Part shown: positions 18,127 through 27,023 of the stretch, piece by piece
How positions within the stretch are numbered: position 1 is the first letter of the stretch
Layout: each line of letters begins with the position of its first letter
Assembly: GCA_048938295.1 (NCBI GenBank)
Contig: JBHLMI010000002.1
Span: forward strand, 60,001 to 92,000
Length of the DNA: 32,000 nucleotides
From: Promethearchaeota archaeon
GTDB lineage: Archaea; Asgardarchaeota; Hermodarchaeia; Hermodarchaeales; Hermodarchaeaceae
Reading direction: 5' to 3'
Translations under genes and position numbers: made by a program
The notes under the pieces: generated by a model
What the model was told of the DNA's origin: nothing
Seen by the model: only the letters and a program-made list of their open reading frames with translations
The model's database searches: none

Positions 18127-18222
18127 ATCAAAATTAAAAAATTAATACAATTAATGGGGCGAATAGAAGGTACCACTGCTTATAAGGAGAGTGGAATGCA
18201 CTAATCATTTGAGAAGAACCCC

Positions 18223-18711
18223 ATGAAATCAGAGCCCAGATTCATCGTAGATGCAATGTTTGGTTCGTTAGCGCGTTGGCTGCGTCTTCTCGGCTATGAC
18301 ACGGTGTACTGTGACATTCAATCAGATGATGAAATCCTTGAAGAAGTGGGAGACCGCATCCTCCTGACACGGGACAAGGAGCTCATAAAACGGGCTAGAA
18401 AACGCGGTATGACCATTCTCAATCCGGGAAGCGGGTCAATACGGAGCATGCTAAAAGAACTTCACGATAGACTAGGAGTACGCTTTACTGCAAATCCAGA
18501 TGAGAGCCGGTGCCCCAGTTGTAATGCCTCACTTTTAAGAAAACACCGAGAAGAAGTTCAAGCCCAGGTTCCGAAAGGCTCCCTGCGTAATCATGATGAA
18601 TTTTGGCAATGTACCAATCCTCGATGTCATCAGGTATATTGGCAGGGTCGACATTGGACGAGGATTTCCAATACGCTTAAGCAACTTGACTCAGGTGAAT
18701 CTAAGGAATAG
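18223..18711 (+). CDS. Mut7-C RNase (PIN-like) domain protein with zinc ribbon (DUF82)
   Basis: RFIVDAMFGSLARWLRLLGYDT, ILLTRD, SRCPSCN and FWQC..C..VYWQGRHW. Confidence 0.92.
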   Translation: MKSEPRFIVDAMFGSLARWLRLLGYDTVYCDIQSDDEILEEVGDRILLTRDKELIKRARKRGMTILNPGSGSIRSMLKELHDRLGVRFTANPDESRCPSCNASLLRKHREEVQAQVPKGSLRNHDEFWQCTNPRCHQVYWQGRHWTRISNTLKQLDSGESKE

Positions 18712-18715
18712 CCCC

Positions 18716-19246
18716 TTAATCATCAGGATAATATTCGGGAGCAAGGAATCGGGGAAGGGCACAGATTACGGCGTCCCTGAGAACCTGAGTTCGAGTCAAG
18801 CGCTCTTGCGTGAGGACACCAATCACTCCTTCATTTTGAAACAAGTTCCTTCTGCCCATGAGGTTGTCGACTATCTTCTTACTTCGGTCACTTGATGGAT
18901 CAATTCGCTTGACTAATTGCTGCGAAACCTCAACAGCAACAGACCGCGCCACACTTAGTGTGGTGTTTCTCAGTATGGCAGCAATAGCCTGGATATAGAC
19001 TGCTTCATTAAAGGCAGTCAGCCCGCCTTCTAGCCCGACACTGAAATCCGCGGAAGGTTTCTGTTTCTGTGCTATCTGAGCACGGGTAATAGCTCCCTTT
19101 ATTGTCTCAGCTTCAGAGAGAGGGAATGGTTGAACGCCCGAATCGACCTTGACAGGAAGTATATCCACCTGGCTGAAGTATCTGCTAAAGGCCTCGGAAA
19201 CTGCATCTCGTTTGACTGGGTTTTGTGACCCGACTACAACCTGCAT
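18716..19246 (-). CDS. yjjX: Non-canonical purine NTP phosphatase (ITPase/XTPase, DUF84)
   Basis: VVVGSQNPVK, DSGV..FP, GAITRA, VGLEGG and GVIGVLT. Confidence 0.9.
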   Translation of the reverse strand: MQVVVGSQNPVKRDAVSEAFSRYFSQVDILPVKVDSGVQPFPLSEAETIKGAITRAQIAQKQKPSADFSVGLEGGLTAFNEAVYIQAIAAILRNTTLSVARSVAVEVSQQLVKRIDPSSDRSKKIVDNLMGRRNLFQNEGVIGVLTQERLTRTQVLRDAVICALPRFLAPEYYPDD

Positions 19247-19295
19247 ACTAGATTCGTATAATGTGCTTCCTGAAAAGGATAAGGGTACTAGACAT

Positions 19296-19919
19296 CTAGG
19301 TCTTAAGAACCGCCCCTAAAGGCATAATGTCTCGATTAAAAGCGTCTTTGAGCAGCAAGGCAATCCCGTAGTAGATCCCGATAAATCCACAGGCTACACC
19401 TTCGAAACCAGCGAAAATATTGATTACTGTATTAGTAATGCCAGTGTTGTGCCAAGTATCCCAAGCGAACCAGTGCCCGAAGGCAACGAGCCAGAAGAAG
19501 AGAGCTAAAAGAAAGAAGAACACTTGGAGGACGCGGTTGGTTTTCATTGAACTGAGAAATAGGAAGAAACCAAAAATTCCCCAAAGGAAGAAATATGGAA
19601 CCTGGACCCACATGAACAGGGCAGGTTCACTAACCACGGGAACAAATCCGAAGAAAGGAAGGAAGTATATCGATACATAAGAAAACCAGAAGACAGCACC
19701 TAGAACGAACACCGTCGCCCCGAACGAATTGCCATTCTTCAGCGACCATAATCCAGCAATTAATGGTGCGAACCCACCTGCAAATATTGCGGTAGCAAAT
19801 ATAACGCCCAAACCATTTGAGTCGAGGATCTCAGCAAAGTAAAGTGAAAGTAGAATCAGCGCAAAGCCAAAGCCTATCGCCCCAAAGGCAGCAGGATTCG
19901 CTACTTTTTCATCAACCAT
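19296..19919 (-). CDS. satP: GPR1/FUN34/YaaH (SatP)-family acetate/monocarboxylate transporter
   Basis: N-terminal ANPAAFGAIGFG (NPAPLG-like signature), six hydrophobic helices, GNSFGATVF and LSSMKTN. Confidence 0.88.
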   Translation of the reverse strand: MVDEKVANPAAFGAIGFGFALILLSLYFAEILDSNGLGVIFATAIFAGGFAPLIAGLWSLKNGNSFGATVFVLGAVFWFSYVSIYFLPFFGFVPVVSEPALFMWVQVPYFFLWGIFGFFLFLSSMKTNRVLQVFFFLLALFFWLVAFGHWFAWDTWHNTGITNTVINIFAGFEGVACGFIGIYYGIALLLKDAFNRDIMPLGAVLKT

Positions 19920-20360
19920 ACATATTCACCAATAAACCCATTATAACATGGACTAATCGGCGTTTCTGATAAGGAGTTATTTAAGGCTTTACTGTTCGTC
20001 AACTCAAAGCAAAGAAATTAGTTAGCGTCGTTAATACTCACGTTTGATTCGTTCGTTATGTTCACGATCACGTTTCAGACGTGTCCTAAGTTCATAAACC
20101 CGCCCTAGGTATTTATTGAGTTGCATTTTGGGCGATAGGCTTGTAACAGTTGATTGATTGTGCGACAAAAAAGCCATGAGATCAGAGAGAAACGCTCTTA
20201 GCTCAGCCCAGAAGCCTTTACTCTTTGTTTTTTTCGTTTCCTCTTCTGTGATATAATTTCCCTCGAATTAACCGTTCAAAATAGGGTATAAATATTTTCT
20301 CAATTGAAATGCGTTGGAAGAGCAAAGCATAAGATGCCTACTATGCCCTTCAATTAACAG

Positions 20361-20912
20361 GTGGTTGATTTGAAGCGTGAACTGAAACCAGGAACTGTTT
20401 TGGTCCCTTGTCCTGCAGCGATTATTTCGGTGGGTGATGAGACAGAAACTAACCTCATCACACTTTCATGGGTGGCGAATCTTTGTTCAAACCCCCCACG
20501 AATGGGTATCGGCGTGGTGCCAAGACGCCATAGTTATAGTCTACTCAAACGGATCGGTGATTTCGTAATTAATATCCCCTCTCAGGATCAGCTCGAAGCT
20601 ACTGTGTTATGTGGAACAAAATCTGGACGCGATATCGATAAGTTCGAAGCCACAGGCTTAACTCCCCAACCTTCAACGTTGATTACTTCTCCAATGATTA
20701 AAGAATGCCCCCTTAACATCGAATGCCGAACTTGGCAAATCATTGAGGTGGGGAGTCATCACCTATTCATCGGTGATGTTGTTGCAGCCCACATTAACGA
20801 GGAGGTTCTGAATGCTGAGGGCGAACCTGACTTGGGAAAGATGGCGATTTTCACATATAATCCACTTGTATCTCAATATTGGGCAGTTAATGAATTTCTG
20901 CGAGAGCGATGA
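20361..20912 (+). CDS. Flavin reductase-like FMN-binding protein (flavoredoxin family)
   Basis: NLITLSW, PPRMGI, FVINIPS, CGTKSGRDIDKF, PMIKECPLNIEC and GSHHLFIGDV. Confidence 0.9.
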   Translation: MVDLKRELKPGTVLVPCPAAIISVGDETETNLITLSWVANLCSNPPRMGIGVVPRRHSYSLLKRIGDFVINIPSQDQLEATVLCGTKSGRDIDKFEATGLTPQPSTLITSPMIKECPLNIECRTWQIIEVGSHHLFIGDVVAAHINEEVLNAEGEPDLGKMAIFTYNPLVSQYWAVNEFLRER

Positions 20913-21043
20913 AAGACCATCATCGCCTTACCTCGTCGATTTCCCTTGTTAAGGGTGAATGCCGATAGAGTGAATCTTTTAATTACTGTTTTACTTATAG
21001 CCCATAGGATACCTACTGAGCCGCATTTGGTGGAGGAGCGGTA

Positions 21044-22030
21044 TTGACAAAATTATCTACCATACAATGGGTTTCTATACTTGGCGGAGTAGGAGCTGTA
21101 GTTAGCCCATTTGTAGCTCTTTATCTATCAATGGCACCATTTCCCGTCTATTATTACTCTCCTTTCTATTACATGTGGGGTTTATGGCCTCTGTTTGCCC
21201 TGTTATTTTTCTCAGGGTTACTTGCATTGATTATGACAATCCACACAGCCCAATTCATTGAAAAAATGCCACAACGCGCCGCCACAGACTTGAAGACAGT
21301 AGGCATTCTCATTATTGTGGTGGGCATTATCTCTTTATTCAATCTGTTAGCCATCATCTCTGGCTTCCTTATTTTAGCAGCTGGGGTCGAATGTGGGACA
21401 ATATGGCAGAAAATTCGTCAAGCGCGAATGAAAACAGGGTGGCCTTTTGGCACGGTTGCAACGGCCACAGGAAGCACCTGGGCACGACGAATCTCATGCC
21501 GTTTTTGTGGAGCACCACTTGTGATTATGGCGGCATCATCCTATGGGCACACTGTGCGTTTGGACACTCAATGTCCACTGGATGAAACTCATGATACACT
21601 TCAACTCCCGCTTTCTCAGCTCGATGCATGGGCCCCTGTGGCTGCGGATCGGCTGCATCGCTGCGTGAAATGTGGGGACCGAACCGTCGCCCAAATCATC
21701 GTTCGCCAAACACCGGTCTTATCCCAATTACAAGCATATTGTCCAAAGGGACATTCTAACCGAACCTTTCGAAACATTTGGACACCCCTCTACCCCTATG
21801 TAGCCCGCACCCCAAGTACGGATGTCAGTTTCCAGGGAGCCCTTACCCAACCCCGATTCCGTCCATCTACATTCACCCCTCGAATAGAACCTCTACCACA
21901 ACCCATAACCATATCCTCTAGTAATTCTGAAAGTATACGTGCCGGACCGATAGGATATTGCACTCAATGTGGTGTTAAAATTGAATCCTCTGATCGATAT
22001 TGTTTCCGGTGCGGTGCATCCATCCGATAG
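21044..22030 (+). CDS. Membrane protein (3-4 N-terminal TM) with two tandem CxxC..CP(x)H fingers and a C-terminal zinc ribbon
   Basis: GGAGGA SD. Hydrophobic residues 9-116, then C152/C155..C177..H183, C207/C210..C233..H237, and C306/C309/C320/C323. Confidence 0.85.
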   Translation: MTKLSTIQWVSILGGVGAVVSPFVALYLSMAPFPVYYYSPFYYMWGLWPLFALLFFSGLLALIMTIHTAQFIEKMPQRAATDLKTVGILIIVVGIISLFNLLAIISGFLILAAGVECGTIWQKIRQARMKTGWPFGTVATATGSTWARRISCRFCGAPLVIMAASSYGHTVRLDTQCPLDETHDTLQLPLSQLDAWAPVAADRLHRCVKCGDRTVAQIIVRQTPVLSQLQAYCPKGHSNRTFRNIWTPLYPYVARTPSTDVSFQGALTQPRFRPSTFTPRIEPLPQPITISSSNSESIRAGPIGYCTQCGVKIESSDRYCFRCGASIR

Positions 22031-22042
22031 AAAGTGAAACCT

Positions 22043-22567
22043 ATGGTTCAAGCAGCAATTGAAGCGAACTTCACCTGTTCTTGTGGAACACCCTTCATCG
22101 TGATGACCCTGGATCCAGCTCCAAACGATAAAGTCAGCGCGTTATTGGTCTGTCCACGGCACAAAGTAGGCCATCACATTACCCTTGATCACTCAGGCCT
22201 GGATCTGTGGATTAGAGTTGTTGCGAATCACCTCTATCGGTGTGGTGTGTGTGGTAGAGAACTTGCCCCAGCTAGTGCGGTCAGTTCCACAGACATCGCT
22301 ACTACCTTCACGCTCAACTGCCCCGTTCATGGGACACAAAACAACACGCGAACGGTATGGAGCGTGGTGTATCGTCGCCTTCTCTCCGAAATTCAAAGTC
22401 AACGAGAAGTACCAGTCCCTGAAGAAACACGTACAGTACCAGATAGACCGAGAACCCAACCCGCCGTGGAAGACCCTGGACTAAAAGCTGCCTTTTGCCC
22501 CCAATGTGGAAAGAAAATTCGCCCTCAAGATAATTTCTGCTTCATTTGTGGCAGTGCAATCGATTAG
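22043..22567 (+). CDS. Soluble paralogue of the upstream protein: two tandem Cys3His fingers and a C-terminal zinc ribbon
   Basis: CSC..CPRH, CGVC..CPVHG and CPQC..CFIC. Start is GTG 22034 or ATG 22043, just after the upstream stop at 22030. Confidence 0.85.
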   Translation: MVQAAIEANFTCSCGTPFIVMTLDPAPNDKVSALLVCPRHKVGHHITLDHSGLDLWIRVVANHLYRCGVCGRELAPASAVSSTDIATTFTLNCPVHGTQNNTRTVWSVVYRRLLSEIQSQREVPVPEETRTVPDRPRTQPAVEDPGLKAAFCPQCGKKIRPQDNFCFICGSAID

Positions 22568-22707
22568 GTATCCTAGCATTCACGTTAAATAGATTTTACA
22601 ACGGGATTTAGGTCTTTGCTGAATTCCTTGTTTTAGGGTTACCATTCTACAAACAGGTAGGGCTTTATAGGTTAAATACGAAGTTGCATCCCACCGGAGA
22701 GATTACT

Positions 22708-23247
22708 ATGAGATCAAGGAACATCATTGGTGTGATACTTGCCATTATCGCTGGTATTGGGCTCATTCTTGCGGGTTATGCTGTCGATTCAGGATTCCTA
22801 TTTTATCTAGAATTAATTTGGACAACATTTGCACTTCCACCGGAATTATGGCCTTATGTATTCATCGTCAGTAGTATTCTTGACTTCATCGCCTTAGGCG
22901 GTGGATTTACTGTAATAGTTGGTGCAATTGTTGTTATCTTAGGTTGGGAAGGTTGGGGCCGCTGGCTAATCAAACTCGGGACAGGACTCAGTATCTTGTC
23001 AATGTTGTTTCGAATAGGTAAATTCGTTTTTACATATGTTACAGCCAATCCCGGTTTCGTCCTAATGGATTTGGTAATTAACACATTAATCTTTACGGCA
23101 TCGATCTTTTTAGCGAATCCTGTGGGATGGGCGTTAATCTTGAGCTTAATTGCTCAGCAATTGATTGTTAAGGTTCCTAGAAGTAAGGCGCGACGTGAGA
23201 AAGAAGAAAAAGGTGCGAAAAAGGAACTGGAACGTAAAGAAGAATAA
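22708..23247 (+). CDS. Hypothetical 4-TM membrane protein with Lys/Glu-rich tail
   Basis: GGAGAG before ATG 22708. Four hydrophobic segments and a tail RREKEEKGAKKELERKEE. Confidence 0.8.
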   Translation: MRSRNIIGVILAIIAGIGLILAGYAVDSGFLFYLELIWTTFALPPELWPYVFIVSSILDFIALGGGFTVIVGAIVVILGWEGWGRWLIKLGTGLSILSMLFRIGKFVFTYVTANPGFVLMDLVINTLIFTASIFLANPVGWALILSLIAQQLIVKVPRSKARREKEEKGAKKELERKEE

Positions 23248-23371
23248 TCTAGCAAGGATGAAGAAAAAGAAAAGGGCGAATAATTCAAAATAATTTATTC
23301 TTTGAATATTTGTATCTTCCATAAATCTCGCTTTGGATTCGAGAAGGGTTATCCTCTCAAGATTATTGAGG

Positions 23372-24952
23372 TTAAACTGAATCGAAGAAGGCTTTGCCAA
23401 AGGAGTGGAACAAGAGCTTTTTGATCATTGGTGCTGAAGGATTTTGGCTGGCATACAAAAAGTAGACTAGGCCCCCAAAAATGGGAACAAGCATACTACT
23501 TGCAAACGCTTTCCATGAATTAATTCGTAATCTGGGTCGCCAGATATCCAGGTTGAGTTTCCATGCCCGTATAAAGACTTCCCATTGCAGATCAGTTAAG
23601 GCTTCAATTTCTGGTTGACTTCCCGTACTTAGAATCGATGGACGCAATGGCACCCATAGGAGGGGCGTGACAAAGAGCTTCATCCCCTTCATGTCATCTA
23701 GGAGTTCAAGTGTAGCGTTTACATCTTCTTCATCTTCTTCAGGCAATCCTACTATCCAAGTTGTTAGAGGGAACCACCGATTATCGTTGAGAATACCAAC
23801 AGCTTGTTTAACGATTTCTGGCCACTGTTCAGGTTTGAATGGAATCGATTTCCCTGCCATCCGTTTTTTAAAGAGTCGGACACTGCCGGTTTCAATCCCT
23901 GCCTCTGCTGTGACATAGGGTTTACCTCCCCGTTTATACCGACCATGTGAGACAAGAAGTTCTGCAACTTCTTCTGTGCATTTGGGATCTGCCACAACGG
24001 GGGCTAGGGCAATATGAGCTGGCTGAATATATTGCAGCCCAGGGACCTTGACCAGATTTTCAATTAGATTCACTATTGCTTTCCGATTTGGGATAAACTG
24101 TGAGGAGTTCATTCCATAAAGAAACAGGTCCTCAGTAGCTAAAATGGTCATATCATTTCCAGATTTAACATTAACAGTGACTTCTTTGAGGATTTGATCT
24201 ATTGGAATTGAAAAACGAGAGCGTTGCGTTGGCGTACAAAATTGGCACCCACGACCACAGCCTCGAGTAATCTCAACCGTGCCATGAAGGGATCCCCCTC
24301 GAATGACTGGGATATCTTCGGGTTTTCGAAGCACACCACCAACTGTAGTGGAGGGAAGCTGGTCACCATTTACTGCTTGATGAAAGAGCTTTACCACGGA
24401 GGGACCGACTTCGCCAGTAACAACGCAGTCAATGCCAAGGCTTTTTCGCGCAATACGTCCGCCAACCTGCCATGCACCAGCTCCCCCGACAATGACCTTG
24501 GCCTGCCCCTTGTCATGCATCTTGGCGATTGGAGTGTTTCTTAAAAGATGCCTGAACTCACGTCGATTTCGTGGCTCTGTGCCTAACGCGAACATACTCG
24601 AATAAGTAAGACTCACGTAGGCAATGCCTAATGGGTCCATGCTTGAGACCCCTATTACGCGTGTGTTGGATCCAATGAATTGCTTCAAATTCTTAGGATG
24701 AACTACCGCTACTTCAGATTCATCAAATCCATTATCGAGAAGGAGTGCCTCAGCTTTTCTTAAGCCATAGGGTGCGATGCTGGCCCGAGTATTAGACAGA
24801 TTTTTTGCTTTAGGCATGTAAAGAGGCTTGAGGAAGCTAGGTATGAGAAGAAATGACCCAGCGAATGCTCCGAATGGGTCATCGCCAAAATGACTCATCT
24901 CAATTTCGGAAGCTGTTAAGATGATTTTTGTGCCGTTCCTCGTTTGGGCCAT
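23372..24952 (-). CDS. Radical SAM protein with N-terminal B12-binding-like domain, resembling the GDGT ring synthase (Grs) / GMGT synthase (Gms) group
   Basis: GCGRGCQFC (CxxxCxxC). N-terminal KIILTAS, APYGLRK, VVHP, SSMDPLG and KVIVGG motifs, plus GIETGS. GAGGT SD before ATG 24952. The family assignment rests on recalled motifs, not a search. Confidence 0.7.
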   Translation of the reverse strand: MAQTRNGTKIILTASEIEMSHFGDDPFGAFAGSFLLIPSFLKPLYMPKAKNLSNTRASIAPYGLRKAEALLLDNGFDESEVAVVHPKNLKQFIGSNTRVIGVSSMDPLGIAYVSLTYSSMFALGTEPRNRREFRHLLRNTPIAKMHDKGQAKVIVGGAGAWQVGGRIARKSLGIDCVVTGEVGPSVVKLFHQAVNGDQLPSTTVGGVLRKPEDIPVIRGGSLHGTVEITRGCGRGCQFCTPTQRSRFSIPIDQILKEVTVNVKSGNDMTILATEDLFLYGMNSSQFIPNRKAIVNLIENLVKVPGLQYIQPAHIALAPVVADPKCTEEVAELLVSHGRYKRGGKPYVTAEAGIETGSVRLFKKRMAGKSIPFKPEQWPEIVKQAVGILNDNRWFPLTTWIVGLPEEDEEDVNATLELLDDMKGMKLFVTPLLWVPLRPSILSTGSQPEIEALTDLQWEVFIRAWKLNLDIWRPRLRINSWKAFASSMLVPIFGGLVYFLYASQNPSAPMIKKLLFHSFGKAFFDSV

Positions 24953-25048
24953 GTAATGACCTCTTGAGAGAGTGCGCAACGGGTCAATGCATTCTTGGTC
25001 CACAAAAAGCTTCTGCCTATTAATCTGAAAGAGAGTCTAGGAGTTCAA

Positions 25049-25510
25049 CTAAGATTGTTCGAAATGAGATTGTAGGTTTTTGAGGGTTTGGCGAGCATCT
25101 GCCCGAATCTGTTCATCGAGTTGTTGCTGGGTCTCTTCATCGATTTTACGTCCTAGGAACACTTCAGGCAAGTCATAGGTAATTTCGTAAGTTACCCGTG
25201 TGCCATTCGCGGTGTGCTCAAAAAACCACCGAGCATCCTTGAATGGTTGCCCTGAAAGTGATCGAACATGTAAAGATCGACCTAGTTGAAGTTCAACAAC
25301 TTCTAATTCTTGAGTAAAGCGAAAGTCCTTAACACTGACGCCCATCGCGAAGCGGGCACCAACACCCCATAGAGCCTCTGTGGTCGGATCATAACTTGTT
25401 ACAGAAGCGATGAGCTTGGGAACATTTCGATGATTTACGGCATATTTGAACACTTGCTCAAGGGGGGCTTTGATTTCGATACTTTCGCTGACATCTGTCA
25501 TTTTCTGCAT
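25049..25510 (-). CDS. SRPBCC (START/polyketide-cyclase fold) ligand-binding protein
   Basis: SESIEIKAPLEQVFKY, WFFEH..GTRVTYEITY and a C-terminal helix ending TLKNLQSHFE. Confidence 0.85.
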   Translation of the reverse strand: MQKMTDVSESIEIKAPLEQVFKYAVNHRNVPKLIASVTSYDPTTEALWGVGARFAMGVSVKDFRFTQELEVVELQLGRSLHVRSLSGQPFKDARWFFEHTANGTRVTYEITYDLPEVFLGRKIDEETQQQLDEQIRADARQTLKNLQSHFEQS

Positions 25511-25546
25511 CCTTCTATTCTAAGCTAGCCTTTCAGTTCTTAAAAT

Positions 25547-26875
25547 TTAGCGATGTAAGTATTCATTCCATTCGAAATCGGTGATCGTTTCGTGTGTGTA
25601 TTTATGCCATTCTGCTTCCCGAATAGCTTTGTAAACATCACAGAACTCCTTACCAAGAACCTCACACAGAACATTGTCGACCTGGAGCGCATGAAGCGCC
25701 CCTTTGAGGGATTCAGGGAGTTGTGAGATTTTCAATTGGTTCAATCTTTTTGATGAAAGTTCGTATACATTTTCAGTGACAGGTTCTGGAGGCTGAAGTG
25801 TACGTTCAACACCATTGATACCCGCACCAAGTAAAACGGCAAATAGAAGGTATGGATTCGCAAGAGGATCAGCAGAACGAAATTCCACCGCCGCTTTTTC
25901 AACACTATCAAAGAGAGGAACTCGGATCAGTGCTGAACGGTTGAGATACCCCCAACTGATATAAACGGGGGCTTCAAAGCCTGGAACGAGTCGTTTAAAA
26001 GAATTTACCGTCGGATTAGCTAACGCTGTGATTCCAGGAGCATGGTTGAGCAGACCAGCAACCAAATGTAATCCTGTATTGGAAAGGGTGCCATCCGGCT
26101 TTCCCAATAGATTTTGATTACCTTTCCAGAGTTGGAGATGGCAATGAAGACCGCTCCCTGCTTCACTGGTAAAGGGTTTGGGCATGAAACTAACTTCAAT
26201 ATCATAAAGGGCAGCACGTCGACGAAGAAGCAGTTTGAAGAGCAGGTAATTGTCTGCAGCGCGTCCCAGCTCAGTGAAAGCGAGTTCGATTTCCTGTTGG
26301 CTTTGTCCGTGCTCTGAATGCAACCAAGCCGTTTCGATTCCGATGGCTCGTAAATCAAGGGCTGTTTCAATTAGGAGATCCATACCCTGATTTTCAGGAA
26401 AAATATCCGCATATTCAGCGTCATCAAGGGGAATCCCATCTTCAGTCAAAAGGTAGAATTCCGGTTCGAGTTTAACACGTATTTGGAGACCTTGGGCAGC
26501 GAGTTGTTCCAGGTTCCGTTTTAGAATTGTGCGCGGTGCCAGTGGATGAGGGGTGAGATGCCCCTCTGGTCCGCGTTGGTATACATCAGCAATGACTATT
26601 GCGCGTCGAGGATGGCTATTTGGTAATTCCTGAAGAGTAGAAATGTCCGGAACCAACCGGAGATCTGAAGCGGTAATTGAAGCTAATCCCTTCACCGATG
26701 ACCCATCAATGCTACACCTGGGAACAGAGGAGGAGTCCTTCTTTAGTGCTGAAATAGAATCAACAGGTCTGATGGGTACAGTCATACCCTTGGGGACACC
26801 ATCAATATCGACCGTGAGTAATTCGACAAAGTGCAGTTTTCCTCGAGTTTCAGCAGGATTCAGTGTATCGGACAT
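25547..26875 (-). CDS. glnA: Glutamine synthetase family protein (type I-like)
   Basis: DIDG..KG, IDGSS, EPEFYL, HSEHGQSQQEI, SFMPKP, GSGLHCH, NSFKRLVPGFEAP, RSALIRVP and EFRSADPLANPY. Confidence 0.8.
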   Translation of the reverse strand: MSDTLNPAETRGKLHFVELLTVDIDGVPKGMTVPIRPVDSISALKKDSSSVPRCSIDGSSVKGLASITASDLRLVPDISTLQELPNSHPRRAIVIADVYQRGPEGHLTPHPLAPRTILKRNLEQLAAQGLQIRVKLEPEFYLLTEDGIPLDDAEYADIFPENQGMDLLIETALDLRAIGIETAWLHSEHGQSQQEIELAFTELGRAADNYLLFKLLLRRRAALYDIEVSFMPKPFTSEAGSGLHCHLQLWKGNQNLLGKPDGTLSNTGLHLVAGLLNHAPGITALANPTVNSFKRLVPGFEAPVYISWGYLNRSALIRVPLFDSVEKAAVEFRSADPLANPYLLFAVLLGAGINGVERTLQPPEPVTENVYELSSKRLNQLKISQLPESLKGALHALQVDNVLCEVLGKEFCDVYKAIREAEWHKYTHETITDFEWNEYLHR

Positions 26876-27023
26876 TCTTGGACCTCCACTCGATACTTGG
26901 GGAGATAGAACAGGGATGTGTGCTTTTAAAGCTTGATATGGAGTATATCTACCACCAATCCCTCAAAGGTTTGGATAAGTTTATTGGGATATACCCCGTT
27001 TTGAGAATAAGAGGGCAATCTGT

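Noticed and set aside
23146-23400. Minus-strand Phe-rich 84-aa ORF
   Set aside because: It is the antisense of the purine-rich K/E tail of the 4-TM gene.
25547-26875. GS-like protein as a diverged gamma-glutamyl-amine ligase
   Set aside because: The ammonia-site motifs DGSS and GFEAP are retained, so ordinary glutamine synthetase is the simpler call, although it is not proven.
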